Source: Candidatus Binatia bacterium
GTDB taxonomy: Bacteria > Desulfobacterota > Binatia > Bin18
NCBI GenBank assembly: GCA_963666315.2
Contig: CAXXHG010000008.1
Span: forward strand, 32,001 to 96,000
Reading direction: 5' to 3'
Length of the DNA: 64,000 nucleotides
Within the stretch, counting starts at the first letter, position 1. Every line of letters begins with the position of its first letter. The notes beneath the pieces were generated by a model. It had not been told where the DNA came from, made no database searches, and saw nothing but the letters and a program-made list of their open reading frames with translations. This document shows positions 50,256-60,535 of the stretch, one piece after another. A program made the translations under genes and the position numbers.

Positions 50256-51653
50256 TTAGTGCGCACTCGTGCGGCTTGGGCCCCCACGCGGCGATTCTCG
50301 AATGGGAGTACCGTCTGGCTCTAAAATTCCAACTGTCCGATTATTCTCAGTCAAATACTTTTGAACAGCCAGCTGAACCTGTTCAGCTGCGACTGCCCGA
50401 AGACCTGGAATCACTTTGTGAATCAAGCGCCAATCGCCCAAAGAGGCATACTGACCAAGTTGCATCGCGCGATAGAAGAGTGAATCCTGCCCATAGATAA
50501 AACGTGACTCAACCAAGTTCTTTGCCCGCTCCAGATCGTTTGCTGTGACTGGCTGTGTCTGGAGTCGTTCGACTTCGGCATACAGGGCTTTTTCGGCCTC
50601 CTGCCAGGTTTTCCCGGGCGCGATACGCATGGAGAGGGTGAAGAGTGGCGGATCCTTTGATGTTCGGTTATAGCCCGCGTTGGTACTCAGGACGAGCTGT
50701 TTGTCTTCGACCAGAGATCGTTGCAGACGTGCACTCCGACCTCCGCCAAGTATCACCGCTGCAAGTGACAGAGCAAAACTCTCGTCCTGTTCAAGATTCG
50801 GGACGTGATAGCCTGCGATATAAATGGGCAAAGACGCTGGCCGTCTGAGGAAGACGCGCCGTTCGCCACGCTGCGGAGGCTCAACCGAGGTTACGGCCGG
50901 AATCGTTGGCCCAGCCGGAACGGTGCCGAACGTGTCTTGTATTTTGGGCAGCAGGGTGGCTGACGTGACGTCGCCGGCAATCACGAGAGTGGCATTCCCA
51001 GGCGCATAATATGCCTGACGATAGGCTTTGACGTCTTCGAGGGCGATAGACTCGAGATCGTGCATCCAACCAACAATAGGCCAGCCATACGGGTGAGCGG
51101 TAAACGCAGCGGCACTGACTTGTTCCCATATATCAGAGCCGGGCTCATCGGCAGTACGGAGCCGCCGCTCTTCCATGACGATTTTTTGTTCCGCAGCAAA
51201 TCCCTCGTCATCAAGAATAAGATGCGCCATGCGGTCTGCTTCGAGTTCTAGGAAGAGATCCAAATGCTGAACCGCGGCGCTTTCAAAATACACGGTATGG
51301 TCTGTGGACGTGAACGCATTATGCCGCCCGCCGCGCTCTTGGACTAAGCGGGAAAACTCGCCTTTGCCGTATGTCGGCGTGCCTCTGAACATGAGGTGTT
51401 CAAGCAGATGAGAAATACCGGTAATGCCCGGACGTTCGTTACGCGAACCAACCCGATACCACACCTGAAGAGTGACGACCGGCGCACGCTGGTCCTCTAA
51501 AATGAGGACGGTGAGTCCGTTGTCGAGGATATTCTGTGTGACTTTCCAGCCGCTTTTTTCGGTCGGCAGAGGCTGAGTGTACCCCAATTGTGACCAGCTC
51601 AGAAAGGCCAGCAAACAGATGAGCGTACGAAAGCGTTGCACATGTGTATTCAT
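50256..51653 (-). CDS. M16 zinc peptidase, catalytic subunit (exported)
   Basis: LDNGL, VGSRNE, GISHLLEHLMFRGT, NAFT, EERR, HPYG. Confidence 0.92.
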   Translation of the reverse strand: MNTHVQRFRTLICLLAFLSWSQLGYTQPLPTEKSGWKVTQNILDNGLTVLILEDQRAPVVTLQVWYRVGSRNERPGITGISHLLEHLMFRGTPTYGKGEFSRLVQERGGRHNAFTSTDHTVYFESAAVQHLDLFLELEADRMAHLILDDEGFAAEQKIVMEERRLRTADEPGSDIWEQVSAAAFTAHPYGWPIVGWMHDLESIALEDVKAYRQAYYAPGNATLVIAGDVTSATLLPKIQDTFGTVPAGPTIPAVTSVEPPQRGERRVFLRRPASLPIYIAGYHVPNLEQDESFALSLAAVILGGGRSARLQRSLVEDKQLVLSTNAGYNRTSKDPPLFTLSMRIAPGKTWQEAEKALYAEVERLQTQPVTANDLERAKNLVESRFIYGQDSLFYRAMQLGQYASLGDWRLIHKVIPGLRAVAAEQVQLAVQKYLTENNRTVGILEPDGTPIRESPRGGPSRTSAH

Positions 51654-51763
51654 TATGACCATGTTCGCGAACGTCTGCCCTGTTTGCAAGGGGAGAGTGC
51701 ATGCGCGGAGAAGAAACGTGAAGAATAGAAAGCAGGGAGGGGTTTTTCTTCCACTAGAAACGG

Positions 51764-52276
51764 CTAATAGACCCATTTCCCTTTTGTGAAACGGAAGATT
51801 TCGGAGACCTGACTCGTTCCGGCCTGTTCGAAGGGGCCTTTGAGGGCTGCTTCTTTGGTCTTTCCCGCGCAGCGCATCTTTTTCTTGTAATACCTGAGGA
51901 CCCCAATAAAAGGCGTTACTTTTGATTCTGTAGGTTTTACATCGGTGTAGCGGTGGGGGAGGTAGCCGGTATATTCGGCGACAAACCCCTCTACCGCTTG
52001 TGTCATCCTCATCTTCTTCTTTTTCTGAAAATCTTCGGTTCTGATTAATTTTTTCATCCAGGCCCGAGTGAATGTATCAAAACCCTCACGCGCGGCATCC
52101 TCTGCTTTGTCCTGAGCAGAGCGCGCGGGGATTTGGTTCTGGGCAAGGCGATGCTGTGTCTCTCCTGTGACCGCTCCGTCATACACTGAAGAGGGCCCTG
52201 CTAAGGTAAGGCCGGGAAAGGCAAGCGCATTCAGCGAAAAAAAGGTACGATAAAAAATACGTCTGTAACAAACCAT
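51764..52276 (-). CDS. Hypothetical exported protein
   Basis: Signal-like N-terminus; globular C-terminus ending VSEIFRFTKGKWVY. Start placed at ATG 52276, downstream of the terminator hairpin. Confidence 0.65.
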   Translation of the reverse strand: MVCYRRIFYRTFFSLNALAFPGLTLAGPSSVYDGAVTGETQHRLAQNQIPARSAQDKAEDAAREGFDTFTRAWMKKLIRTEDFQKKKKMRMTQAVEGFVAEYTGYLPHRYTDVKPTESKVTPFIGVLRYYKKKMRCAGKTKEAALKGPFEQAGTSQVSEIFRFTKGKWVY

Positions 52277-52309
52277 GGGCCAATAATGGATTTGTGATGT
52301 GGGAATGTA

Positions 52310-52353
52310 AAAAGGGCGGGATTGGTTTTCTGTGACCAAGCTCCCGCCCTTTT
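52310..52353 (-). terminator. Intrinsic terminator after the OmpA-family gene
   Basis: AAAAGGGCGGGA...TCCCGCCCTTTT stem with an inner TTGGT/ACCAA stem and T tails; a second hairpin at 52366-52397. Confidence 0.65.
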
Positions 52354-52414
52354 GTGTTGCTGACGCCAGATGAGACGAGCAGCCTCATCTCATCTGGGAC
52401 GATGAAGGCTGAGC

Positions 52415-53086
52415 TTATTGGATAATAAGCTCAGCCCTTCGATTCATGGCACGCCCTTCCGGGTTGTCGGTGCCGTCCTCGTTGGTGTTGGGCGCGATAG
52501 GGTCGCTTTCCCCTCGACCAGCGATTTCGAGCCGGTCGGCATCAACGCCTTTGCCTACCAGGTAGACTTTCACTGCGCCGGCACGTCCCTCCGACAGGGC
52601 CTGGTTATAGGCTTCAGAGCCGATAGAATCCGTATGCCCTTCGACTAAGAGCTTCACCTCAGAGTTTTCCTGCAGAATGCGAGCGGCCTCGTCCAGAACA
52701 GGTTCGAATTCGAGCTTCACGTCCGACTTGTCAAAGTCGAAAGTAATACCACGTAGGATGATTTCCTCAGGTATTTCTACTGGCGGCGGTGGTGGTGGTG
52801 GTGGTGGTGGTGGTGGTGGTGGTGGTGGTGGTGGCGGTGCTTGAGCCCTCACTGAGTGGTAACCCAGCACAGCACCAACGAGCGCACCAATTCCCGCTCC
52901 AACACTGACAGCGAGGTATGTTTTGTCATTATCATCCCCCAGCCCTGTCCCAGCCACTGCTCCGATGCTACCACCAATTAGAGCGCCGTACACCGCCCGT
53001 TTTCCTCTAGGCGTTGAACAGCTAGCGACTAGAAAGAGGAGAACGATTATCCAGGTCAGATGAAGTCCTCTACCTCCTCGTATCAT
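52415..53086 (-). CDS. OmpA-family lipoprotein (glycine zipper, polyproline linker, peptidoglycan-binding domain)
   Basis: Lipobox VASC, GALIGGSIGA, FDFDKS, EGHTDSIG, NQALSEGRA, NRR. Confidence 0.92.
   Translation of the reverse strand: MIRGGRGLHLTWIIVLLFLVASCSTPRGKRAVYGALIGGSIGAVAGTGLGDDNDKTYLAVSVGAGIGALVGAVLGYHSVRAQAPPPPPPPPPPPPPPPPPPPVEIPEEIILRGITFDFDKSDVKLEFEPVLDEAARILQENSEVKLLVEGHTDSIGSEAYNQALSEGRAGAVKVYLVGKGVDADRLEIAGRGESDPIAPNTNEDGTDNPEGRAMNRRAELIIQ
52781..52837 (-). repeat. (CCA)15 microsatellite within a 19-proline run
   Basis: TGG x15 at 52790-52834, flanked by CGG/TGG triplets. Confidence 0.9.
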
Positions 53087-53252
53087 CTCCTAATCTCCTT
53101 TCCTTCCCTCCCCCTCCGTCTAGCTAAACGGATAGGGGCAAAATAAGCGACAATAACTCCAACCGAAAGTATACCCCAAGATCGTCTAACAGAAAAATCC
53201 TATGCGGACAAGGGTAAGTAACGATGCCAAAGGCTTCCCTACATTCTCCCGC

Positions 53253-54455
53253 CTATGCGGCGCGTAGCGCCGCAAGACCTGGCAAATCTCCCGATTCGAG
53301 AAACTGGAGCGTAGCTCCGCCTCCGGTTGAAATATGGCTGATCTGGTCAGCAAGATGAGTCTGGGTGAGTGCGGCGACCGTGTCTCCTCCGCCGGCTACG
53401 CTGTAGCACGCTGGGACAGCCGCCACTGCTTCAGCGACGGATCGAGTGCCCTGGTCGAATGGCGGCTGTTCAAAGATGCCCATAGGTCCGTTCCACAGCA
53501 CGGTGCGTGCGGATTGGATAACCGTGCGAAACGCGCGGGCAGTCTGCGGTCCGATGTCGACACCCAGACTATCCCTCGGTACGTCTACCCCGGAGGTGAT
53601 TGAAGATGGGACGTTTGTCTTCAGTCCAGTCACTATAACGTGGTCTTGTGGCAGATGAATGGCGACGCCTCGGTTTGCTGCTAGGGCAAGCATGGCCTTG
53701 GCTTCTTCGACTTTCTCTTGCTCGACGAGCGATCGACCGATTTGTATGCCCTGGGCCTGCAGAAGAGTGTACGCCATAGCCCCGCCGATGATGATATGAT
53801 CAGCGCGTGCGAGCAGGCTCCGGATGAGTCCGATTTTGTCCGAGACTTTTGCGCCACCCAGGATTGCGACAAAGGGATGTTCGGGGGAGGACAACAGAGA
53901 CGACAGGGCGTGGATTTCTTTGCGCATCAGAAAACCAACAGCCTGCTCTTCGAAATATTGGACGACGCCGACCACAGAGGCATGCGATCGGTGTGACGAT
54001 CCAAAAGCGTCATTGATATACACATCGGCCAATGCCGATAGGTCCTGGCTAAAGGTGGGATCGTTGGCCTCCTCTTCCGCATGAAAACGGAGATTCTCGA
54101 GGATGAGCACGGCTCCAGCGGCAAGCTGCCGGACGTGCTGTTGAACTCCGGTGCCTACGCAATCGGCGGCACGTGTAACAGCTGAGCCCAGCAGCTCTTG
54201 GAGCCGCTCTGCTGCCGGCTTCAGGCTGAGTTTCGGTTTGACCTTCCCTTTGGGGCGTCCGAGATGAGAAGCCAGAATGACTTTTGCTCCCTGCCGAATG
54301 GCATGCTGGATAGTTGGCAGTGCTGCACGGATCCGCGTATCGTCACTGATTTGCTGCCCGGACGTGAGGGGGACATTAAAATCGACTCGAATCAGGACCC
54401 GTTTTTGCGCCAGCGATAATCGATCAATGGCTGGGAGTTGTGCGTGGAGTTGCAT
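53253..54455 (-). CDS. pgk: Phosphoglycerate kinase
   Basis: RVDFNVP, SHLGRP, LENLRF, GGAKVSDK, WNGPMG, GGGDT, HISTGGGA. Confidence 0.97.
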   Translation of the reverse strand: MQLHAQLPAIDRLSLAQKRVLIRVDFNVPLTSGQQISDDTRIRAALPTIQHAIRQGAKVILASHLGRPKGKVKPKLSLKPAAERLQELLGSAVTRAADCVGTGVQQHVRQLAAGAVLILENLRFHAEEEANDPTFSQDLSALADVYINDAFGSSHRSHASVVGVVQYFEEQAVGFLMRKEIHALSSLLSSPEHPFVAILGGAKVSDKIGLIRSLLARADHIIIGGAMAYTLLQAQGIQIGRSLVEQEKVEEAKAMLALAANRGVAIHLPQDHVIVTGLKTNVPSSITSGVDVPRDSLGVDIGPQTARAFRTVIQSARTVLWNGPMGIFEQPPFDQGTRSVAEAVAAVPACYSVAGGGDTVAALTQTHLADQISHISTGGGATLQFLESGDLPGLAALRAA

Positions 54456-54621
54456 TGGTCTTGAAATTATATGGGGCGCGATAGTTTGGAAAGAAGGGCC
54501 AGATGACCAGGATGAGCAGGATGCACAGGGTCAAGGAAGAAAAGGAGAACAATACCACGGCAGGGAGAAGGGCGTCTCGACTGCCGCTCTCGGACCTCTC
54601 CTTTTCGTGCTTTTTGCGGGC

Positions 54622-57057
54622 CTACGAGGGTGGTACTTCTTGCCGAAATTCGGTCTTGGATGGAGCGACGGGGACAGGGGCCGCTTCTAATGCAATATCA
54701 AGTACCTCGCCGATGACGTCGACAAAACGAAATTTCATTTCCTTGCGAACGTTGAGCGGGATATCCTCGAGATCTTTTTCATTGTGCTGTGGTAAAATGA
54801 CGGTGGTCACACCGGCACGCCGAGCGGCCAACACTTTTTCTTTGACACCACCTATCGGCATCACCTTGCCTCGCAAAGTAATTTCACCCGTCATGGCAAC
54901 ATCCTGACGGACCTTACGGCCGGTTAATAGAGAAGCAAGCGTCGTGACCATAGTCACCCCGGCGGAAGGCCCGTCTTTGGGAATAGCTCCCGCAGGAACG
55001 TGAATATGGAGATCACATTTTTCGTAGAAATCAGGGGGGATGTTCAAGCGATCGGCTTGGGATCGGACGTAGGAGAGGGCGGTTTGGGCTGACTCTTTCA
55101 TGACCTCACCCAGATGGCCGGTCAGTGTCAAGCTCTTTTTTCCCGCCATACGAGTGGCCTCGATAAATAAGATGTCTCCACCATTTGGTGTCCATGCGAG
55201 TCCGATCGCGACCCCGGGTTCTTGGGTACGCTCGGCAACCTCGGGGAGGAACTTAATAGGTCCGAGCAGGTCTGTCACTTTCTCCTCGGTAATCGTTGTT
55301 TTTTCCGTTTGCCCTTCTGTGACTGCCCGAGCGACTTTCCGACACACTGCGCCAATTTCTCGTTCAAGATTCCGCACGCCTGCTTCGTGCGTATACCCGC
55401 TGGTAATGCGCGACACGGCTTCATCGGTAAATGCGATCAACTCATTTGTTAAGCCGTTTTCGATAATTTGCTTAGGCAGGATGTGACGTTTCGCAATTTC
55501 GAGCTTTTCTTCCTCCGTATATCCGGCGAGTTCAATTACCTCCATCCGGTCTCTGAGTGCCGGCGGAACTGGTTCCAGGTAATTGGCAGTGGTGATGAAC
55601 ATGACCTTAGAGAGGTCAAAAGGAACGTCGAGATAGTGGTCGGAGAACGAAAAATTCTGTTCAGGGTCCAACACTTCAAGCAGTGCCGAAGATGGATCGC
55701 CCCGGAAATCCGTTCCCAGCTTGTCGATCTCATCCAGCATGAAGAGCGGGTTATTGGAACCGGCTTTGCGCAAGGACTGAATAATGCGGCCAGGCAGAGA
55801 GCCGATATAGGTCCGCCGGTGTCCGCGAATCTCGGCTTCATCTCTCACTCCGCCCAGCGAGAGGCGCACAAATTTGCGCCCTATGGCGCGCGCGATAGAG
55901 CGTCCGAGGGAGGTCTTACCCACACCTGGGGGACCGACAAAACAGAGAATGGGCCCCTTGGAGTCTTGTTTCAGTTTGCGCACGGCTAAATACTCGAGAA
56001 TGCGATCCTTGATCTTTTCCAGATCGTAATGGTCTTCGTCGAGGACCTGACGGGCATGCGGAATATCGAGATTGTCGTCCGTTGAGGTCGACCAGGGGAG
56101 ATGGACGAGCCATTCGAGATAGGTGCGAACCATAGAATGCTCGGCGGACTCAGGCGGAATGATCTTCAGACGCTCAAATTCATTATCGGCGGTTTTGAGT
56201 GCCTCTTCCGGCATGTTGGCTTCGTCTATCTTCTTACGCAGATCATCCAGATCGCTCGAATGCGAGTCGCTTTCTCCGAGTTCCTTTTGGATTGCTCGCA
56301 TCTGCTGGCGTAAATAGAATTCCTTCTGGTTTTTATTGAGTTCGGTTTGCACCTGCGACTGAATTTTGTGGCCCAGCTCAACCAGTTCGACCTCTCGGCT
56401 TAAGATGACAGACAGTTTTTCCAAACGGGCCCGGACACTGAGGGTATTGAGCAGGTCTTGTTTTTCATCGACCGAGACATTCAGGTTCGAGGCGATGAGA
56501 TCGGTGACCTTAGCCGGGTCTTTGATATTCACGACCACCCCTTGGAGTTCGTCCGGCAGATACGGCACCATCGAGATAAATTTGGCGAACTGGCTGACCA
56601 TATGAGCCTGAAGGGCGTCTAAGTCGCGGGATTTCTCAGCGTCGCTCTGGAGTCGGACAACCTGGGCACGGTAGTATGGTTCAACTTGCAGATACTCCCG
56701 AATATCGATGCGGTGCAGCCCTTGGACCAAGATGCGCATGCTCCCGTCAGGGTATTTGAGCATTTTTAAAATGCGGCCGGCGCTGCCGCGTGAGTAGAGG
56801 GCTGGTGGAGCCGGGGCTTCGTCTTCTGGATTTTTTTGGGCTGCGAGTCCGAGCATGTTGTCATTACTGCGACAGTCTTCAACGAGCTTGAGGGACGCCT
56901 CGCGTGAAATAAGGAGCGGGACTATGGCGGCAGGAAAAATGACAACGCCACGCAAAGGCAAAATCGGCAGCTCCGCAGGAATGATGACGTCACTCAGGTC
57001 TTCTTCAAAACCGACTACGCCGTGTTCCGTCGTCACACCGACTTTGATTTCTGCCAT
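54622..57057 (-). CDS. lon: ATP-dependent protease La
   Basis: LPILPLR, GPPGVGKT, GHRRTYIG, PKDGPSAG, GGVKEK. Confidence 0.97.
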   Translation of the reverse strand: MAEIKVGVTTEHGVVGFEEDLSDVIIPAELPILPLRGVVIFPAAIVPLLISREASLKLVEDCRSNDNMLGLAAQKNPEDEAPAPPALYSRGSAGRILKMLKYPDGSMRILVQGLHRIDIREYLQVEPYYRAQVVRLQSDAEKSRDLDALQAHMVSQFAKFISMVPYLPDELQGVVVNIKDPAKVTDLIASNLNVSVDEKQDLLNTLSVRARLEKLSVILSREVELVELGHKIQSQVQTELNKNQKEFYLRQQMRAIQKELGESDSHSSDLDDLRKKIDEANMPEEALKTADNEFERLKIIPPESAEHSMVRTYLEWLVHLPWSTSTDDNLDIPHARQVLDEDHYDLEKIKDRILEYLAVRKLKQDSKGPILCFVGPPGVGKTSLGRSIARAIGRKFVRLSLGGVRDEAEIRGHRRTYIGSLPGRIIQSLRKAGSNNPLFMLDEIDKLGTDFRGDPSSALLEVLDPEQNFSFSDHYLDVPFDLSKVMFITTANYLEPVPPALRDRMEVIELAGYTEEEKLEIAKRHILPKQIIENGLTNELIAFTDEAVSRITSGYTHEAGVRNLEREIGAVCRKVARAVTEGQTEKTTITEEKVTDLLGPIKFLPEVAERTQEPGVAIGLAWTPNGGDILFIEATRMAGKKSLTLTGHLGEVMKESAQTALSYVRSQADRLNIPPDFYEKCDLHIHVPAGAIPKDGPSAGVTMVTTLASLLTGRKVRQDVAMTGEITLRGKVMPIGGVKEKVLAARRAGVTTVILPQHNEKDLEDIPLNVRKEMKFRFVDVIGEVLDIALEAAPVPVAPSKTEFRQEVPPS

Positions 57058-57195
57058 ATAGATCTCTCCTTCACTTCTCTCCCAGCTAACTCGTCTTCTC
57101 TATAAAAAACATATTACATGGTCTCTGCTTGCACAAGTGGGAAACTCTCGTTACAACCTTCGGCACCCTCTGGGCGGAAGTTAAGAAGTTAAATA

Positions 57196-57612
57196 GTGGA
57201 CGAAGAAAAGCGTTTCAGTCTTGAGCAAGCCGACGACTTGATCCCACACATGGAATTAGCCGTTGAAAAAATGCAACGTATCGGGATGCGCGTACGCGCG
57301 GAGATGGGTACACTGTCCGCAGAGCAATGCCCCTCAGGGCAGTCTCAACACGTCCTCCACTTAAGACCTGCACTGCGACCCTTATTCGAGGACATGGCGC
57401 AGGTCGTTCAGCAGATTGAACAGCTGGGGGGGCGGTTCAAAGGACTAGAGCTGGGCCTGGTTGACTTCCCTGCTTGTGTTGATGGGGAGGAGGTCTATCT
57501 GTGCTGGCAATATGGCGAAAAAGAGATTGCTTTTTATCACAAACGGGATGAGGGCTTTGCCGACCGTCGGACGATTGGGGCCCGTACGCGTAAGCCGCAA
57601 TACGAGCAGTGA
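57196..57612 (+). CDS. DUF2203 family protein
   Basis: FSLEQA..LIP, KGLELGLVDFP, EVYLCWQYGE, EGFADR. Confidence 0.85.
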   Translation: MDEEKRFSLEQADDLIPHMELAVEKMQRIGMRVRAEMGTLSAEQCPSGQSQHVLHLRPALRPLFEDMAQVVQQIEQLGGRFKGLELGLVDFPACVDGEEVYLCWQYGEKEIAFYHKRDEGFADRRTIGARTRKPQYEQ

Positions 57613-57618
57613 AGGACT

Positions 57619-58374
57619 GTGGTGAAACGCTACGACGCGGTGCTGTTCGATTTGTTCGGAACGGTGGCTCTCTTCAATCAAGAGAAATTGCCGGTTTTTG
57701 AATGGAAGGGACGCACCACGCGCTCGACCATGGGACGCTTGCGGGACGTGGTTACGGGAACTGTGCCCGCATTATCTTTCGAAGACTTTTACCAGGCCCT
57801 GACTGAGGTGAATCAAGAGCTCGCCGACATCCGCACCAAGGAGATGCGCGAGATTGTGTCTGCCCGACGTTTTACTCTGACTCTGGTCCGTGCCGGCTTG
57901 GATGACACTGCGGCCACCGCTGCACTGGGCGAAACCTTGTCTTTGGCTCATATGCAGCTGCTCGCTGCCGCGACAGGAATTCCTGCGACGCATGTGCAGC
58001 TGATAGCACGAACGCGCGCGCACTATCGGACCGCCCTTGTCTCAAACTTCGATCATGGTCCCACTGCACGCCAAGTACTCCAAAACGGACAGGTAACCGA
58101 GTACTTTGAACACATTGTCATTTCAGCCGAGCACGGTTGGCGGAAGCCGCACCGTAAAATTTTTCTCGATACGCTCTCTCGGCTCAATATAACCCCAGCG
58201 CATGCCCTCTTTGTGGGAGACTCGCCGCAAGACGATATTGTCGGCGCTGGACAAGTCGGGATGGACATCGCCTGGGTCAATAGGTCAGGTGCAGAGCCTC
58301 CTGAGGGATGCCCCCGTCCACGCTATACCGTGCGGGCTATCCCTGAGTTGCAGTCGGTGTTGTTCCCTTGGTGA
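57619..58374 (+). CDS. HAD-family hydrolase
   Basis: FDLFGT, VSN, RKP, FVGDS..DD.VGA...GM. Confidence 0.88.
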   Translation: MVKRYDAVLFDLFGTVALFNQEKLPVFEWKGRTTRSTMGRLRDVVTGTVPALSFEDFYQALTEVNQELADIRTKEMREIVSARRFTLTLVRAGLDDTAATAALGETLSLAHMQLLAAATGIPATHVQLIARTRAHYRTALVSNFDHGPTARQVLQNGQVTEYFEHIVISAEHGWRKPHRKIFLDTLSRLNITPAHALFVGDSPQDDIVGAGQVGMDIAWVNRSGAEPPEGCPRPRYTVRAIPELQSVLFPW

Positions 58375-58428
58375 ACTCCTTATAGTCAACTCCTGCACGG
58401 ATCCGCCTCGGAGCTTGCTCAGCATCCC

Positions 58429-58896
58429 ATGCCACGTAAACCTCAAATCGCTGTTATCGGTGGCAGCAATCCGTCCGCTGAAGTGGAGGGCTGGGCGGAA
58501 GAGGTTGGGAGTCTCATTGCGCAGCACGACGCTGTCGTTATATGCGGCGGACTCGGTGGTGTTATGGCGGCGGCTGTGCGAGGTGCAGCACGGAACAACG
58601 GGCTGAGTGTTGGCATCCTCCCCTCGTATGACGTACACACTGCTGCGCCCGGAATTTCTATCACCATCCCGACCGGGCTTGGACACGCGCGCAATATGCT
58701 TGTTGTTGCATCCGGAGATGCGGTGATTGCCCTGGCCGGCTCGTCCGGAACGCTGTCTGAGATCGCGCTGGCGCTGGCCCTCAACAAAACCGTGGCCGCT
58801 CTTCGTGCCTGGTCCCATATTGAAGGCGTCCGTGTTATCCAGACTCCGCAGGACGCCGTTCAACTCGCACTGCGAGCCGCCAGCCAGAACGCTTAA
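58429..58896 (+). CDS. TIGR00725 / LOG-family (SLOG) protein
   Basis: IAVIGG, CGGLGGVM, GILP, TGLGHARN, GTLSEIA. Confidence 0.87.
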   Translation: MPRKPQIAVIGGSNPSAEVEGWAEEVGSLIAQHDAVVICGGLGGVMAAAVRGAARNNGLSVGILPSYDVHTAAPGISITIPTGLGHARNMLVVASGDAVIALAGSSGTLSEIALALALNKTVAALRAWSHIEGVRVIQTPQDAVQLALRAASQNA

Positions 58897-59037
58897 AGTG
58901 CGGGAGCGCTTAGTGTGGTGAGTTGAGAATCTCCCCGATACCCATTATACAAGAGCCTGCAAGAGCCTGAGTGGGAAGCCGGTGCGAGGGGACAGTCTAA
59001 AAGTCCATATCTTCTGCGCGAAAAGGAAGGAAAACGA

Positions 59038-59340
59038 ATGGCAGCGAAAGATTCTCGATCTGATAATGATACTGCGGTGAGTATGAAACGTATTGAACGC
59101 TTTCTCAAATTACTGACGTGGCAGCTGTTTCTTTTGATTGCGCTGGCAGCCTTTATGGTGCTCGGACCAAGGCCCGGCCGCTACCAGATTGTGCCGCCCT
59201 TTACCGTGCCAGGAGGCCAAGTACTGATATTTGATACAGCAACAACCAGGGCTGACGTCATCTCCCTCCAAGAGAAAATCGAGGGGGCCAGAAGTGCTGC
59301 AGGAACCTCGCCCGCAGCGCCGCCCCAGGCTGGCCAGTAA
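59038..59340 (+). CDS. Small single-TM hypothetical protein
   Basis: AAGGA RBS; hydrophobic helix followed by GRYQI...FDTAT. Confidence 0.6.
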   Translation: MAAKDSRSDNDTAVSMKRIERFLKLLTWQLFLLIALAAFMVLGPRPGRYQIVPPFTVPGGQVLIFDTATTRADVISLQEKIEGARSAAGTSPAAPPQAGQ

Positions 59341-59368
59341 AGGCCGGCGGCAAGAAGGAAAAGATGTG

Positions 59369-60328
59369 ATGCATCCGCTTGGAATAGTCCTCTCGACGGC
59401 AACTTCGGCGCCGCCAAAAGAATTTGTGGAACTCGGCCGGATCGCTGAAGATAAGGGATTTGCCGCCGTTTTAGTCAATGAGGGCAGGGGGGATGCCCTG
59501 GCCTGCGCAGAAGCGATTGCGCTGGGAACGTCTCATATCAAGGTGGGAACGAATATTGCCAATATCTATTTTCGGCATCCATTTTTGGCTGGGATGACGG
59601 CGACAACGATTTCAGAGTTATCGAATGGACGGCTGATCCTTGGTCTTGGGATGAGCCACCGTCCCCTACTAGAATCACTGGGCATCACCATGGATCAACC
59701 CCGTCAGTATATGCGGTCGTATGTCACCTCTTTGAATACGCTGTTTCGCGGTGAGTCACTGAGTTCCTTTCACCGTCCACAGAAGAGTACGTATAAAATT
59801 CCCGTGTATGTTGGTGCGGTGACGGTTGAAAGTGCAGAAGTGGGAGGAGAGCTGGCTGACGGAATTATGCCGTTTCTTCCAGCACTGACCTATTTAACGC
59901 AGCTGGTTGAGGCAGCTACAAGCGCTGCGCAGCGCGTAGGGAAAGATCCCGAGCAGATCGACTGTATTGTCAGCATTCCCACGTTTATCTGTGACGATAT
60001 CGAACAGGCCCGATCAGCAGCGCAGTATAACCTTGCTTTTTTCGCGAATTTGCCCTTCTACCGCAAACAATGGCGGCGGTGTGGCTTTGTGGATGAAGTC
60101 GATGCGCTCCAAGAAGCTTGGAGAAAGGGAAACCGCCGTGCTGCGGCTGAGTGTGTGTCGGATCGCATGGTCGATCAGGTGTGTGTATTCGGCCCGCCAA
60201 GTCAATGTAAGGAGCAACTTGCGGCGTTCCACGAAGCCGGAGCCGCCATGCCTGTCCTGGCAGTGAGTCCGGTGAATGAAGATCGGCTGGCCGCAACGCG
60301 CAACGCGCTGGATGTGCTTGCGCCGTAG
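59369..60328 (+). CDS. LLM-class (luciferase-like, Mer/F420-type) oxidoreductase
   Basis: AEDKGF, KVGTNIANIYFRHP, GRLILGLGMSH, GELADG, VFGPP. Confidence 0.88.
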   Translation: MHPLGIVLSTATSAPPKEFVELGRIAEDKGFAAVLVNEGRGDALACAEAIALGTSHIKVGTNIANIYFRHPFLAGMTATTISELSNGRLILGLGMSHRPLLESLGITMDQPRQYMRSYVTSLNTLFRGESLSSFHRPQKSTYKIPVYVGAVTVESAEVGGELADGIMPFLPALTYLTQLVEAATSAAQRVGKDPEQIDCIVSIPTFICDDIEQARSAAQYNLAFFANLPFYRKQWRRCGFVDEVDALQEAWRKGNRRAAAECVSDRMVDQVCVFGPPSQCKEQLAAFHEAGAAMPVLAVSPVNEDRLAATRNALDVLAP

Positions 60329-60535
60329 AGATCCAAAGAGCTGTCGTATCCCGTGCCAGCCGTCTTTACCCACACCAGCTTATAATCAGAGCTACTATAA
60401 ATTACACCAAAACTTCATGCGCCTTATATTGCTGAATGAACGCTCATATTTTATAATCGTGTGAAAAAATATGACAGGGTCTTTTCTCTACAACAGGAGT
60501 CTGAGGCAAGAGAAGGAGAAGGGAGGTTACTCTTG

